The position numbers and the translations under genes are program-made. Source: an uncultured delta proteobacterium (GTDB taxonomy: Bacteria; Desulfobacterota; Desulfuromonadia; Geobacterales; Pseudopelobacteraceae). Taken from it: a DNA stretch of 64,000 nucleotides. The number at the start of each line of letters is the position of its first letter. The first letter of the stretch is position 1. Below the pieces are notes generated by a model. The model searched no databases and had not been told where the DNA came from. It saw only the letters and a list, made by a program, of their open reading frames with translations. The stretch lies in the NCBI GenBank assembly GCA_963772835.1, contig CAVYYZ010000002.1, positions 192,001 through 256,000 on the forward strand. The letters are read 5' to 3'. Below are positions 29,833 to 38,147 of the stretch, piece by piece.

Positions 29833-31208
29833 TCAATGATGTTGTAAATGTCCGGAGGACGGAGCCACCGGTGTTGATGATTCCACCTGTTCTTTTTTGT
29901 CGCCAGCGGCGGTGTCACCTGAACAGCCTGCGATGATTCAACATCGGTTCCGATTGTCGCTTCAAGCTGGGCCAGCTTCATCATGAATTCAGCCTGCGAC
30001 TCGTACAACTCCCGCTCATAGTTAAACAGGGTCATCCGGCTGTCGAGCAGGGTCAGAAAATCCACCTTGTTTACCCGGTAACCGATCACCGCCGATTCTA
30101 GTGACTGTTCCGCCTGCGGAATAATGCCGCTCCTGTAGAGAGACACCAGTTTTTCTCTTCTTTCAAGCGTGGCGAGCAGATCGGAGATACCGGACCCGAT
30201 ACTATTCCTGAGACCGTTCAGCTCTTCGGCCGCCATGCGGGTTTCCGAATCCGATTCGGCAACCATGGCATGACGTCGTTCCCGTTGCAGCGGCAGGTTA
30301 AAGGTAACGCCAAGACTGTACATGTCCAACCCCTGGCCACTCATGGCGGGATCACGCTGCATATACTCAAAGGATATGTTGAAATCAGGGTAAAATTCCC
30401 TGCCGGCCAGTTTGCCCGCCGCTTCCCCTTTATGGACAAGTGCCTGTAGGCTTTTGATGACGGGGCGTTTTTCAAATGCCGTTGTCCTCAGATTCTCGGC
30501 GGACAGTCGGAGCGGCCTGATTTCAAAGTCGGCGACCCTGCCGACCGGTGTTTCCGGCGGGCGTGAAAGGAGAGCATTGAGTGCTGCATCAAGGCTCTTC
30601 CTTCTCTGCTCCAGAGAAATTTTCATATCGAGCAGTTTCGATCGTTCAACCTGGGATTTAAAAAGGTCCTGCTGCGCACCCTGCCCGACGGAGTACTTGG
30701 TCTCGGCAAGGGTGATGAAGTCGTCCAGAATTCTGATATTCTTGTCAACAATCTCCGAAGATTTGTCCGTATAGTAAATCTGGTAATAGGTCTCTTTTAC
30801 CATCCTGACAAGCTCGAGCTTACGCTCCTCGACCTGCCACCGGTATGACTCGGCATTCATAGCGGCTATCTCTTGTTTGAGATCACGTTTGCCCCAGAAC
30901 GGGAGCTGCTGGGAAATTCCGATCACCTTGGCGGTCATGGATTCTTTTCTGAAATTGAGCGGGTCCTGCACGACCCCGTTCTGAATTTTCAGCATCAGCA
31001 TCGGATCTTCCAGAGAGCCCGCCTGAACAATGCGGTTTCTGAACATCTGCCAACGGGCTTCAGTGGACTTCAACTCAGGGTTGTTGGCAAGGGCTGTCGA
31101 GATAAGTGACGGGAGGCTCTCTGTTGATACAGTATCTGCGGCACGGACTGGAACTGATGCCAAGGAAGACACTAACATCAGGGTCAAGAGGCCAAAAAAA
31201 GTTTTCAT
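29833..31208 (-). CDS. TolC/CusC-family outer-membrane efflux protein; apparent frameshift near the 3' end makes it read in frame into cusB
   Basis: ALANNPEL, QQLPFWGKR, YPDF, DFLTLLD; alternative frame ends GHLQHH-stop at 29833-29835. Confidence 0.85.
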
Positions 31209-31252
31209 ATTATATTTCCTCAGAGCAGAGTGGGTTGAGTACACACGTGATA

Positions 31253-31365
31253 TACACAATGTATGCCTAACTGTAACATACTAAAATTATGGTCTTTTTT
31301 ATATGGTTGCAATTCCACAAAGAGTTTCTGCTGAATATTCTACAATTCTCTAGAGATTATTCCTC
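31253..31365 (-). promoter_or_regulatory. Sigma54-like promoter with IHF-like site and tandem UAS (cus operon)
   Basis: TAGGCATACATTGTGTA (31253-31269; -12 GT variant); IHF-like 31274-31286; GCTGAATATTCTAC (31330-31343) and AGAGATTATTCCTC (31352-31365). Confidence 0.62.
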
Positions 31366-31410
31366 ACTACTCTTTATATGTACACACCGGCCTGACTGCC
31401 ATCAGATTCA

Positions 31411-31728
31411 TCACGCGGAGTCCTCACCTTTGGTCCGGATCCGATAGAGCTTCTCCACTGGCAGCACCGTCACAATGCCATCCCCGGCCATACTGGTGTG
31501 AGCAATATCCATGATAGCAGCAACGATGTCATCAACTTTGTTCTCCTCTATAATGATTTCAATTCTGGTGTGACCAACCTTCCAATCAGGATTAAAAAAA
31601 TTGGCATATTCGCCACGCCCTTTCACATCACTTACGCTGAAGCCGCGCACTCCCATATCCACCAAGCGCCTCTCCATCTTTTCCATTGTTTGGTTTCTGA
31701 CTACTGCTAAGATCATTTTCAGTTCCAT
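31411..31728 (-). CDS. PII-family protein (metal-efflux-associated type, short T-loop)
   Basis: MKxIxAxxR-like start, VKGRG, IEI, GDGIV, YRIRT; AGGAG RBS. Confidence 0.85.
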   Translation of the reverse strand: MELKMILAVVRNQTMEKMERRLVDMGVRGFSVSDVKGRGEYANFFNPDWKVGHTRIEIIIEENKVDDIVAAIMDIAHTSMAGDGIVTVLPVEKLYRIRTKGEDSA

Positions 31729-31792
31729 ACATTGTCTCCTTTCTGAAAGGCTCTGTTTCCGTTCTATTACGATGCAGATCAATGTAGACCCT

Positions 31793-31924
31793 TCAGCGGA
31801 TCAGTTGGGGTTCAGGGTTCATCCGGACTGGCAGAGGAGCGGTATCCATCATGTCAACATCAATTCCGCAGACCGGATCAGTTACAACTGAACGTGATTT
31901 ACTGTGCCGGGGGTGATGCGTAAT
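31793..31924 (-). pseudogene. Degenerate YHS / CopA N-terminus remnant
   Basis: AGGAG followed by ATT instead of ATG; encodes THHPRH...VTDPVCGIDVD (copA: HTHH...[11 protein letters not shown]), then decays. Confidence 0.6.
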
Positions 31925-32073
31925 GACGCTCTCCTAACTTGAACGGCAGTAACAGTGAGAGTGTTTAAATGCATAGCAGATAATTAGGATTTGTCACTGA
32001 ACACCCTTTGCTGCCTGTTGCAGATTTGGCTGTGGGGGCAACTACACGTTCGGTTGCTCCCACTATTGCCAGA

Positions 32074-32376
32074 TTATTTCCCGCCTTTTTCAAGATCGAT
32101 CAAGTTCTTTTTGGCATCTTCAAGTCGGTGCTTGAGCGTTTGCAACTGATCACGTGTGTAGGCATCTTTTTTGTTATCAACAGCGTTTTGAAGTTTCTGG
32201 ATCTTCTCCTGAATAGTGTCAGCTTCCCGACCACATTCTTTGAGAAGGGTTTCGCATTCTCGTGCGTTTTGAGCGCTCTGTTCCTGATTGTGCATAACAG
32301 CGTGGTCCATGGCAAATGCGGGGACTGCCGCTGCAAAGAGTGATGTTGCCATGAGAATTACCATTGTCTTTTTCAT
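32074..32376 (-). CDS. Small secreted Met/Cys helical protein, paralog 2
   Basis: Nearly the same signal peptide as paralog 3; C-x6-C; DTIQEKIQKLQ..YTRDQL. Confidence 0.8.
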   Translation of the reverse strand: MKKTMVILMATSLFAAAVPAFAMDHAVMHNQEQSAQNARECETLLKECGREADTIQEKIQKLQNAVDNKKDAYTRDQLQTLKHRLEDAKKNLIDLEKGGK

Positions 32377-32801
32377 TGTTCATTTCCTCCGTGTAGTGGT
32401 TTGATATTATTTCAGCTACGGTGAGACAGGAGAGGCAGCTGTACTTACAACTGCCCCGTGGCATCAAAACTATCTGCTTTCGAGACTTTCAAGGGTGTCT
32501 TTTGCGTCTTTAAGTTGCTGCTTAAGCTTGGTGAGCTGATCACGTGTATACGCACTGTTCTTGTTCTGGGTGGCTGATTGCAATTTCTGAATCTTCTGCT
32601 GAATTGAGTCCACCTCCTGGCCGCAGTTTCTGAGAAGTTGATCACAATCCTTCACACACTGAGCATCCATCTGCTGCTGACCCTGCATACTGCCATGATC
32701 CATATCCATTGCCATGACCGGCACTGCCGCTGCGAAAAGAGATGTTGCCATCAGAATTACCATTGTCTTTTTCATTGTTCATTTCCTCCGTGTAGTGGTT
32801 T
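32354..32801. repeat. 49-bp perfect direct repeat (32354-32402 and 32753-32801) spanning RBS and start of the tandem paralogs
   Basis: AGAATTACCATTGTCTTTTTCATTGTTCATTTCCTCCGTGTAGTGGTTT occurs twice. Confidence 0.9.
32470..32775 (-). CDS. Small secreted Met/Cys helical protein, paralog 3
   Basis: MDMDHGSM; C-x3-C-x6-C; DSIQQKIQKLQ..YTRDQL. Confidence 0.8.
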   Translation of the reverse strand: MKKTMVILMATSLFAAAVPVMAMDMDHGSMQGQQQMDAQCVKDCDQLLRNCGQEVDSIQQKIQKLQSATQNKNSAYTRDQLTKLKQQLKDAKDTLESLESR

Positions 32802-32824
32802 TAACTGCTGTATGCTTTATACTG

Positions 32825-32941
32825 AGCATACGTCGTGCCAACTCAGTAACCTGCTGATATGTATGACTTAACACCAATTTACCATACCTTTGCACATATC
32901 TTTCCGCGGAGTATTCCACGATGGCATGTCGAATATTCATC
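32825..32941 (-). promoter_or_regulatory. Sigma54 promoter with IHF-like site and tandem UAS
   Basis: TTGGCACGACGTATGCT (32825-32841); TATCAGCAGGTTA (32847-32859); GCGGAGTATTCCAC (32906-32919) and GTCGAATATTCATC (32928-32941). Confidence 0.82.
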
Positions 32942-33124
32942 TTATTCTGCCAGAGTGACTCGAATTCAGGATGAGATAGTGGCGTTTACGCACCAGACGT
33001 GGTTCTTGACGCGGCGTGAATCAGGAAAAAACCGCAATTGGCATGTGATTTTGTACTGGTAAAAAAAAGTGCTGTGATTCATAGGTAGACAGGAAGCCCA
33101 TCATACAGAAGAAATAACGGACAC

Positions 33125-33727
33125 ATGGATCAGATAGAAATGTTGAATCGGGCGCTTTTTATAAAAATAAATGGTTCACCGGACACCGCTCCGTGGGTTA
33201 TCGGGGTAGCAAAGGTGGTCGCCAATGACATTATTTACGCAATCCCGGTCTTGCTGGTCATTTATTGGCTTTGGGGAAGTTATGTAAAACGATCATTGGC
33301 ACTTAAAGCATGCCTCGTCGCCATGTTGGGCGTAGGCATTAACCAGATCATCGGCTTGGCGTGGCAGCATCCGCGCCCCTTTATGATCGGCTTAGGGCAC
33401 ACCTGGATGCCGCATGTAGCGGATTCTTCATTCCCCAGCGACCATATAACGGTATTTGCCGGTATCGGAATCAGCTTACTGTTTGGTGGCGAGATTTTTG
33501 CGGGGATTCTTACGTTGGTGATTGGGTTGTCTGTAGCATGGTCTCGAGTCTTTCTGGGAGTTCACTTCCCCCTCGATATGTTGGGTGCAATCGGCGTTGC
33601 ATGTCTTTCCTATGCTCTTATTTTACCAGTATGGCAGCGTAAGGGTAACACATTGACCATATTCATAGAAATGCTGTACCGAAGTGTCATGGCCAGGCCA
33701 ATTGCGAAAGGTCTCGTGAGACGCTGA
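33125..33727 (+). CDS. PAP2-family undecaprenyl-diphosphatase (YbjG/BcrC-like)
   Basis: HPRPF, SFPSDH and SRVFLGVHFPLD catalytic motifs. Confidence 0.88.
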   Translation: MDQIEMLNRALFIKINGSPDTAPWVIGVAKVVANDIIYAIPVLLVIYWLWGSYVKRSLALKACLVAMLGVGINQIIGLAWQHPRPFMIGLGHTWMPHVADSSFPSDHITVFAGIGISLLFGGEIFAGILTLVIGLSVAWSRVFLGVHFPLDMLGAIGVACLSYALILPVWQRKGNTLTIFIEMLYRSVMARPIAKGLVRR

Positions 33728-33792
33728 AAGCGCGCCCTGCCGGGCCAGTGGCAAGCTATCGGAGATAACGCCTTGAGAATGACGGGGATGCG

Positions 33793-35169
33793 TCACCCCT
33801 TTTCAGGCGGCACAATTTCATATTTCTCCATGCGGTAGATAAGGGTATGCCTCGGAATTCTCAGGAAGCGAGAGGCTGCGGTCTGGTTCCAATGATTACG
33901 TTCCAGGGCCTGCACAACTACCTCGCGCTCCAGCTGTTCCAGGGAATACCCTTCGTCCGGCAGATTGATAACACTGCCGGAAGCGGTAGCGGAGGCGCTG
34001 TCAGCACAGCTGTTGCGGATCTTGTCAGGAAGCTCGTCACAGCCGATGACATCACTGTTTCGCATAATGAGCAGCCGTTCGACAGCGTTTTCCAACTCCC
34101 GAACGTTTCCCGGCCAGGGATACATGACCAGGGTTTCAAAGGCATCCTTGTCGAAGGAGACCTTGTCGCTGCCATGTTTAGCGCAGAAATATTTGATAAG
34201 AAGCGGAATATCCTTGCGGCGCTGGCGAAGTGGGGGCAGGTGAATCGGGATAACCGACAAGCGGTAATAAAGATCTTCCCGGAAGGTACCATCAGCTATC
34301 GCCTTGTCGATATCAAGGTTGGTAGCTGATACGACACGGACATCCAGTTTTTGGATCTTTGTGCCGCCGACCGGTTCAACCTCCTTTTCCTGCAGCGCTC
34401 TCAAAAGCTTCGGTTGGAGCTCTACCGGGAGCTCGCCGACTTCGTCCAGAAACAACGTCCCGCCTTCAGCAGCCTGGAATTTCCCGATTTTATCCTTGAC
34501 CGCACCGGTGAAGGCTCCCTTGAGGTGGCCAAAGAGTTCACTCTCCAGCAGGTCACGGGGAATGGCAGCACAGTTGATTGCTACGAACGGAGCATCCCGA
34601 CGTGAGCTGTTGGCATGTAAGGAGCGCGCAACCAGCTCTTTACCCGTTCCTGATTCACCGGTGATCAGAACAGCGGCCTCGGTGTCTGCAACTTTCCGGA
34701 TGACATCAAAGACTTTCTCCATTTCCTTGGACGACCCGACAATAGTGCGGAAATCGGCCTTATCCGACAATTCACTCTTCAGCCGTTTGTTTTCCTCTGT
34801 CAGCCCGCTGTACTGAAGCGCCTTTTTCACGGTCAGCCTGAGCTCATCCCGGTTGAACGGCTTGGTAATGTAGTCGTAAGCTCCGGCCTTCATGGCCTCC
34901 ACCGCGACATCGACAGTCCCGAATGCGGTGATTATAATAACAAGCGTCTCCGGAGAACGCTCCTTGATGGACCTCAGTACCATCAAACCGTCCATACCGG
35001 TCATTTTCATGTCGGTGATGATCAGATCAGGCAGGGATTGGCCGAACAGATATAATCCTTCTTCACCGGACGACGCGGCCTGAACTTCATATCCCTCTTC
35101 CTGAAGGTTGTATTCAAGCACACGCCGGAGCGAAGTGTCGTCGTCTATTACGAGAATTTTCGCTTTCAC
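33793..35169 (-). CDS. Sigma54-dependent response regulator with no adjacent kinase
   Basis: Receiver domain, GESGTGKE, GAFTGA, HTH IPRHTLIYRMEKY; GTG overlaps the ABC ATPase stop. Confidence 0.93.
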   Translation of the reverse strand: MKAKILVIDDDTSLRRVLEYNLQEEGYEVQAASSGEEGLYLFGQSLPDLIITDMKMTGMDGLMVLRSIKERSPETLVIIITAFGTVDVAVEAMKAGAYDYITKPFNRDELRLTVKKALQYSGLTEENKRLKSELSDKADFRTIVGSSKEMEKVFDVIRKVADTEAAVLITGESGTGKELVARSLHANSSRRDAPFVAINCAAIPRDLLESELFGHLKGAFTGAVKDKIGKFQAAEGGTLFLDEVGELPVELQPKLLRALQEKEVEPVGGTKIQKLDVRVVSATNLDIDKAIADGTFREDLYYRLSVIPIHLPPLRQRRKDIPLLIKYFCAKHGSDKVSFDKDAFETLVMYPWPGNVRELENAVERLLIMRNSDVIGCDELPDKIRNSCADSASATASGSVINLPDEGYSLEQLEREVVVQALERNHWNQTAASRFLRIPRHTLIYRMEKYEIVPPEKG

Positions 35170-35831
35170 TGTACCATCCCGTCTTTAAGGGTGATAGTCC
35201 TGTCTGAATAGGCGCCGTTTTCCGGGTTATGCGTTACCATGACAACAGTCTGACCGGAATTGTTCAGTTCACGGAAAAGCGCCATGACCTCTTTGCTGGT
35301 CTTGGAATCGAGGTTTCCGGTCGGTTCATCCGCCAGCAGTATGTGCGGATTATTGACAATGGCACGGGCAATCGCCACCCGTTCCTGTTCACCGCCGGAA
35401 AGCTGATTCGGCAGGCGGTCAAGCTTGCCGCCGAGACCGACCCGTTCAAGGGCCTGTCTGGCGGCACTCTTTTTTGCCGGAGTACTCATCTTGACAATTG
35501 CCAGAGGCAGCATGACATTTTCGATGGCGGTCAGATAGGATATCAGATTGAAGGACTGAAAAACAAACCCCAGATTCTGTGCCCTGAAATCTGCACGTTT
35601 TTCACCGGAGAGCTGGTACAGCTTCACTCCTGCCATTTCGATCTCGCCGGATGTGGGATGGTTCATGCCGCCCAGCACAGACAGAAGAGTGCTTTTACCG
35701 GAACCGGACTGCCCCATGATGGTGATGAATTCACCGGCCTCAATGCTGACATCCACACCGCGCAGCGCATCGACAACGTCATCGCCGCTGGTGTATTGCT
35801 TAGTTATGTTTTTGATTTCGATGAGTGCCAT
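35166..35831 (-). CDS. LolD/MacB-type ABC ATP-binding protein
   Basis: [40 protein letters not shown]. Confidence 0.92.
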   Translation of the reverse strand: MALIEIKNITKQYTSGDDVVDALRGVDVSIEAGEFITIMGQSGSGKSTLLSVLGGMNHPTSGEIEMAGVKLYQLSGEKRADFRAQNLGFVFQSFNLISYLTAIENVMLPLAIVKMSTPAKKSAARQALERVGLGGKLDRLPNQLSGGEQERVAIARAIVNNPHILLADEPTGNLDSKTSKEVMALFRELNNSGQTVVMVTHNPENGAYSDRTITLKDGMVQ

Positions 35832-35843
35832 AATTTTCCTTTT

Positions 35844-35919
35844 GTAGGGGCGGCCCCGTGTGGCTGCCCGACTTGCTGATGGACACATTGATTGAGCAAC
35901 CACATGGGGTTGCCCCTAC
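35844..35919. repeat. REPIN-like element (second copy)
   Basis: GTAGGGGCGGCCCCGTGTGGCTGCCCGACTT...GAGCAACCACATGGGGTTGCCCCTAC; overlaps the permease stop codon. Confidence 0.75.
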
Positions 35920-37076
35920 AATGCTCTCAGCGCTTCTGTAGGATCCATCTTGCTGGCGTGCAGTGCCGGGTAAAGACTGGCCAAAAGGCCCAGCGTTAAG
36001 GCCAACCCGACAGACCCAAAGGCTACCGTCGAATCCCAGATCAGATGGGCATTCTTGCTCTCTGCCATAAACGGCAGCGCCAGTTGTGCTCCTCCCATGC
36101 CGATTGCATATCCCAAAAATCCGGCCAGCACGCTGACCAGGGCTGCTTCCAGCAGAATGATCCGCATGATATGACTCTTCCTGAAACCGATAGCCCGGAA
36201 TATCCCGATTTCGACCGTCCTTTCGTTAACACTCCCCATCATGGTGACAAATACAATCAGTGAGCCAATAAAGACCACCACACCGGCCATGGCGTAGGAA
36301 AAGCGTTTGAATTGATCCAGTGCCTTGAGGCGTCCCTCAACCACCTGTTGAATGGCTGACACCTTGGCGTCCGGTAGTTTTTCGGCAATCTGGGTGACCA
36401 TATCTCCGATCGGGCATCCGGAGCAGAGCGCCGCCACCTCGGCCATGCTGATTTTCCCCTCCTTGCCCAATAGCTTCTGAGCTTTTTTCAGAGAGGCGAA
36501 CACCAATGCGTCATCCTGTGAACCGGTTTGATCGAGTACTCCAGCGACTTTGAAGTTTTCACCCTTGATGTTCAGGATATCTCCGGGAGAAGCGTCAAGC
36601 ACCTTGGAAGCATCGGAACCAAGCAGAAGGTCGTGTTCCGACTGTGGCTCCTGTCCAAAAATCTTCCACCACTGCTTCATCTTCAATTCGCTCTCAAAAT
36701 TTACACCAACCAGCAACACATCGTGACTGTTGACTTTGATACCGCCCAGCACCTTGGGACTGATAACCGAAATGTTCTTGTGATTAGTGATGGTCTTGAT
36801 CTTCGCCAGATCCTCCTCGCGGATTTCTCGCTGATCAAAGGTCACCCCTCCCAGACTGATGCCGCCGTAATTCATAGACAGTCCGTTGCTTTGAGGAGTA
36901 ACAAGGATATTCGCCCCGAACTCGTCCATCTTACGCTCGATATCACTGGACATGGAGCGGGTCAGGGTCACCAGGGTGACTATTGTGGCAATGCCGACCA
37001 TCAGGCCGATGGTCAGAAAGGCCATCTTGGCCTTGCGGCGCTTCAGATTGTTAATTGAAATGGTGTGCAGTTTCAT
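35916..37076 (-). CDS. MacB/FtsX-type ABC permease with periplasmic CxxC
   Basis: NLKRRK, ERTVEIGIFRAIG, YPALHASKMDPTEALR; ALCSGCP; TGATG coupling to the upstream gene. Confidence 0.9.
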   Translation of the reverse strand: MKLHTISINNLKRRKAKMAFLTIGLMVGIATIVTLVTLTRSMSSDIERKMDEFGANILVTPQSNGLSMNYGGISLGGVTFDQREIREEDLAKIKTITNHKNISVISPKVLGGIKVNSHDVLLVGVNFESELKMKQWWKIFGQEPQSEHDLLLGSDASKVLDASPGDILNIKGENFKVAGVLDQTGSQDDALVFASLKKAQKLLGKEGKISMAEVAALCSGCPIGDMVTQIAEKLPDAKVSAIQQVVEGRLKALDQFKRFSYAMAGVVVFIGSLIVFVTMMGSVNERTVEIGIFRAIGFRKSHIMRIILLEAALVSVLAGFLGYAIGMGGAQLALPFMAESKNAHLIWDSTVAFGSVGLALTLGLLASLYPALHASKMDPTEALRAL

Positions 37077-37540
37077 CAGAAGTATCTCGCTCCACCCTTG
37101 AGGTCGTTTACTGAAATGGAAACGGTGGTGCCGTTCAATCGGTGCGGGAGATAACCGGGATTGCAACCGCCCGTGGCATTAGGTCCTAAACGGTTGATGG
37201 CGAACTTCTGGTTGCAGTTTTTGCAGTTCATCTTGTCACCCTGCTGTTCATACCCCTTTTTGGATTTAAAGCAGGAATCGCAGGCATCGAAGGCGGCATT
37301 TATTGTGCCATCTGTCGATTTGACGGCAAAAAAGGCAATCTCCTTGCCGCCATCTTCGAACTTGTAGAAGTGGGCCTTGCCGTCAGCAAGCGTCGCGACA
37401 GGTATCGTTGCAACATCGCCACTTATCTTGAGCTTTTCATACTTGCCAAACGAGAAGGCACATACACTCGCAACGCCGATCAAAAGTGCCACTGTAACGA
37501 TACCTGCCCATATTACCTGTTTCGTGCGCTTCGTTGTCAT
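37076..37540 (-). CDS. DUF2318-like Cys-rich (putative Fe-S) protein
   Basis: AFDACDSC, GY, CKNC and GGCNP motifs; N-terminal hydrophobic segment. Confidence 0.8.
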   Translation of the reverse strand: MTTKRTKQVIWAGIVTVALLIGVASVCAFSFGKYEKLKISGDVATIPVATLADGKAHFYKFEDGGKEIAFFAVKSTDGTINAAFDACDSCFKSKKGYEQQGDKMNCKNCNQKFAINRLGPNATGGCNPGYLPHRLNGTTVSISVNDLKGGARYF

Positions 37541-37556
37541 AAGAGTCTCCTTTAGT

Positions 37557-37982
37557 TTAACCATTTTTGTTGGATCCACAGCCGCCACCCTTACCGCCAC
37601 AACAGCCGGATTTCGAGGTGGATTTAGTGCCAATTTCCCTGCCGGTTATCTGCTTGAACTGTTCCGGTGTGAGTACCTGATGAACATTGCTGCTAAACCC
37701 GACGTTGCTGACCTTCTCGGCCAGAGTCACGGGTTTGACGGTCTTTGTGTCATAGCCTACGACCACCCAGCCACCCGCGACGTCCACCTCGGCAGCCGCT
37801 ACTCCGTTCACTTTTTGAAGTGCTGTGGTGATCTCGCGTGCACAGCTGCTACAGGTCATGCCTGTCGTTTTCAGAACCGCAACAGCATCGGCCGTTGCCC
37901 CGACCCTGACATAGAACGCAAGAATGGACAGTAGCGTAACAGCAGCAACTAAAATCACCGCATTGAATATCTTGTTTTTCAT
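37557..37982 (-). CDS. Membrane-anchored HMA-domain metal-binding protein
   Basis: GMTCSSC motif; N-terminal TM; C-terminal GCCGGKGGGCG. Confidence 0.85.
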   Translation of the reverse strand: MKNKIFNAVILVAAVTLLSILAFYVRVGATADAVAVLKTTGMTCSSCAREITTALQKVNGVAAAEVDVAGGWVVVGYDTKTVKPVTLAEKVSNVGFSSNVHQVLTPEQFKQITGREIGTKSTSKSGCCGGKGGGCGSNKNG

Positions 37983-38021
37983 CTCTTGCTCCCCTGAACC
38001 CATGTCGAATAATTCATTCTT

Positions 38022-38147
38022 ATCAAGGAACGTGCCATGCCCGGTCAATTTCGTAACCACCTTATTTTGTTACGTGTAATTATTTTTACGCCCCGCCGTC
38101 TGAAATCATTGGTGTGGGATATTCTACACCAATGGCGACTATTCAGC
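38022..38147 (-). promoter_or_regulatory. Sigma54 promoter with IHF-like site and tandem UAS
   Basis: ATGGCACGTTCCTTGAT (38022-38038; -12 GA variant); AATAAGGTGGTTA (38054-38066); GTGGGATATTCTAC (38114-38127) plus weaker copy (38134-38147). Confidence 0.72.

Noticed and set aside
33038..33056. Sigma54 promoter for the PAP2 gene (TTGGCATGTGATTTTGTA)
   Set aside because: GG-N10 is followed by TG, so the -12 element is out of register by one base.
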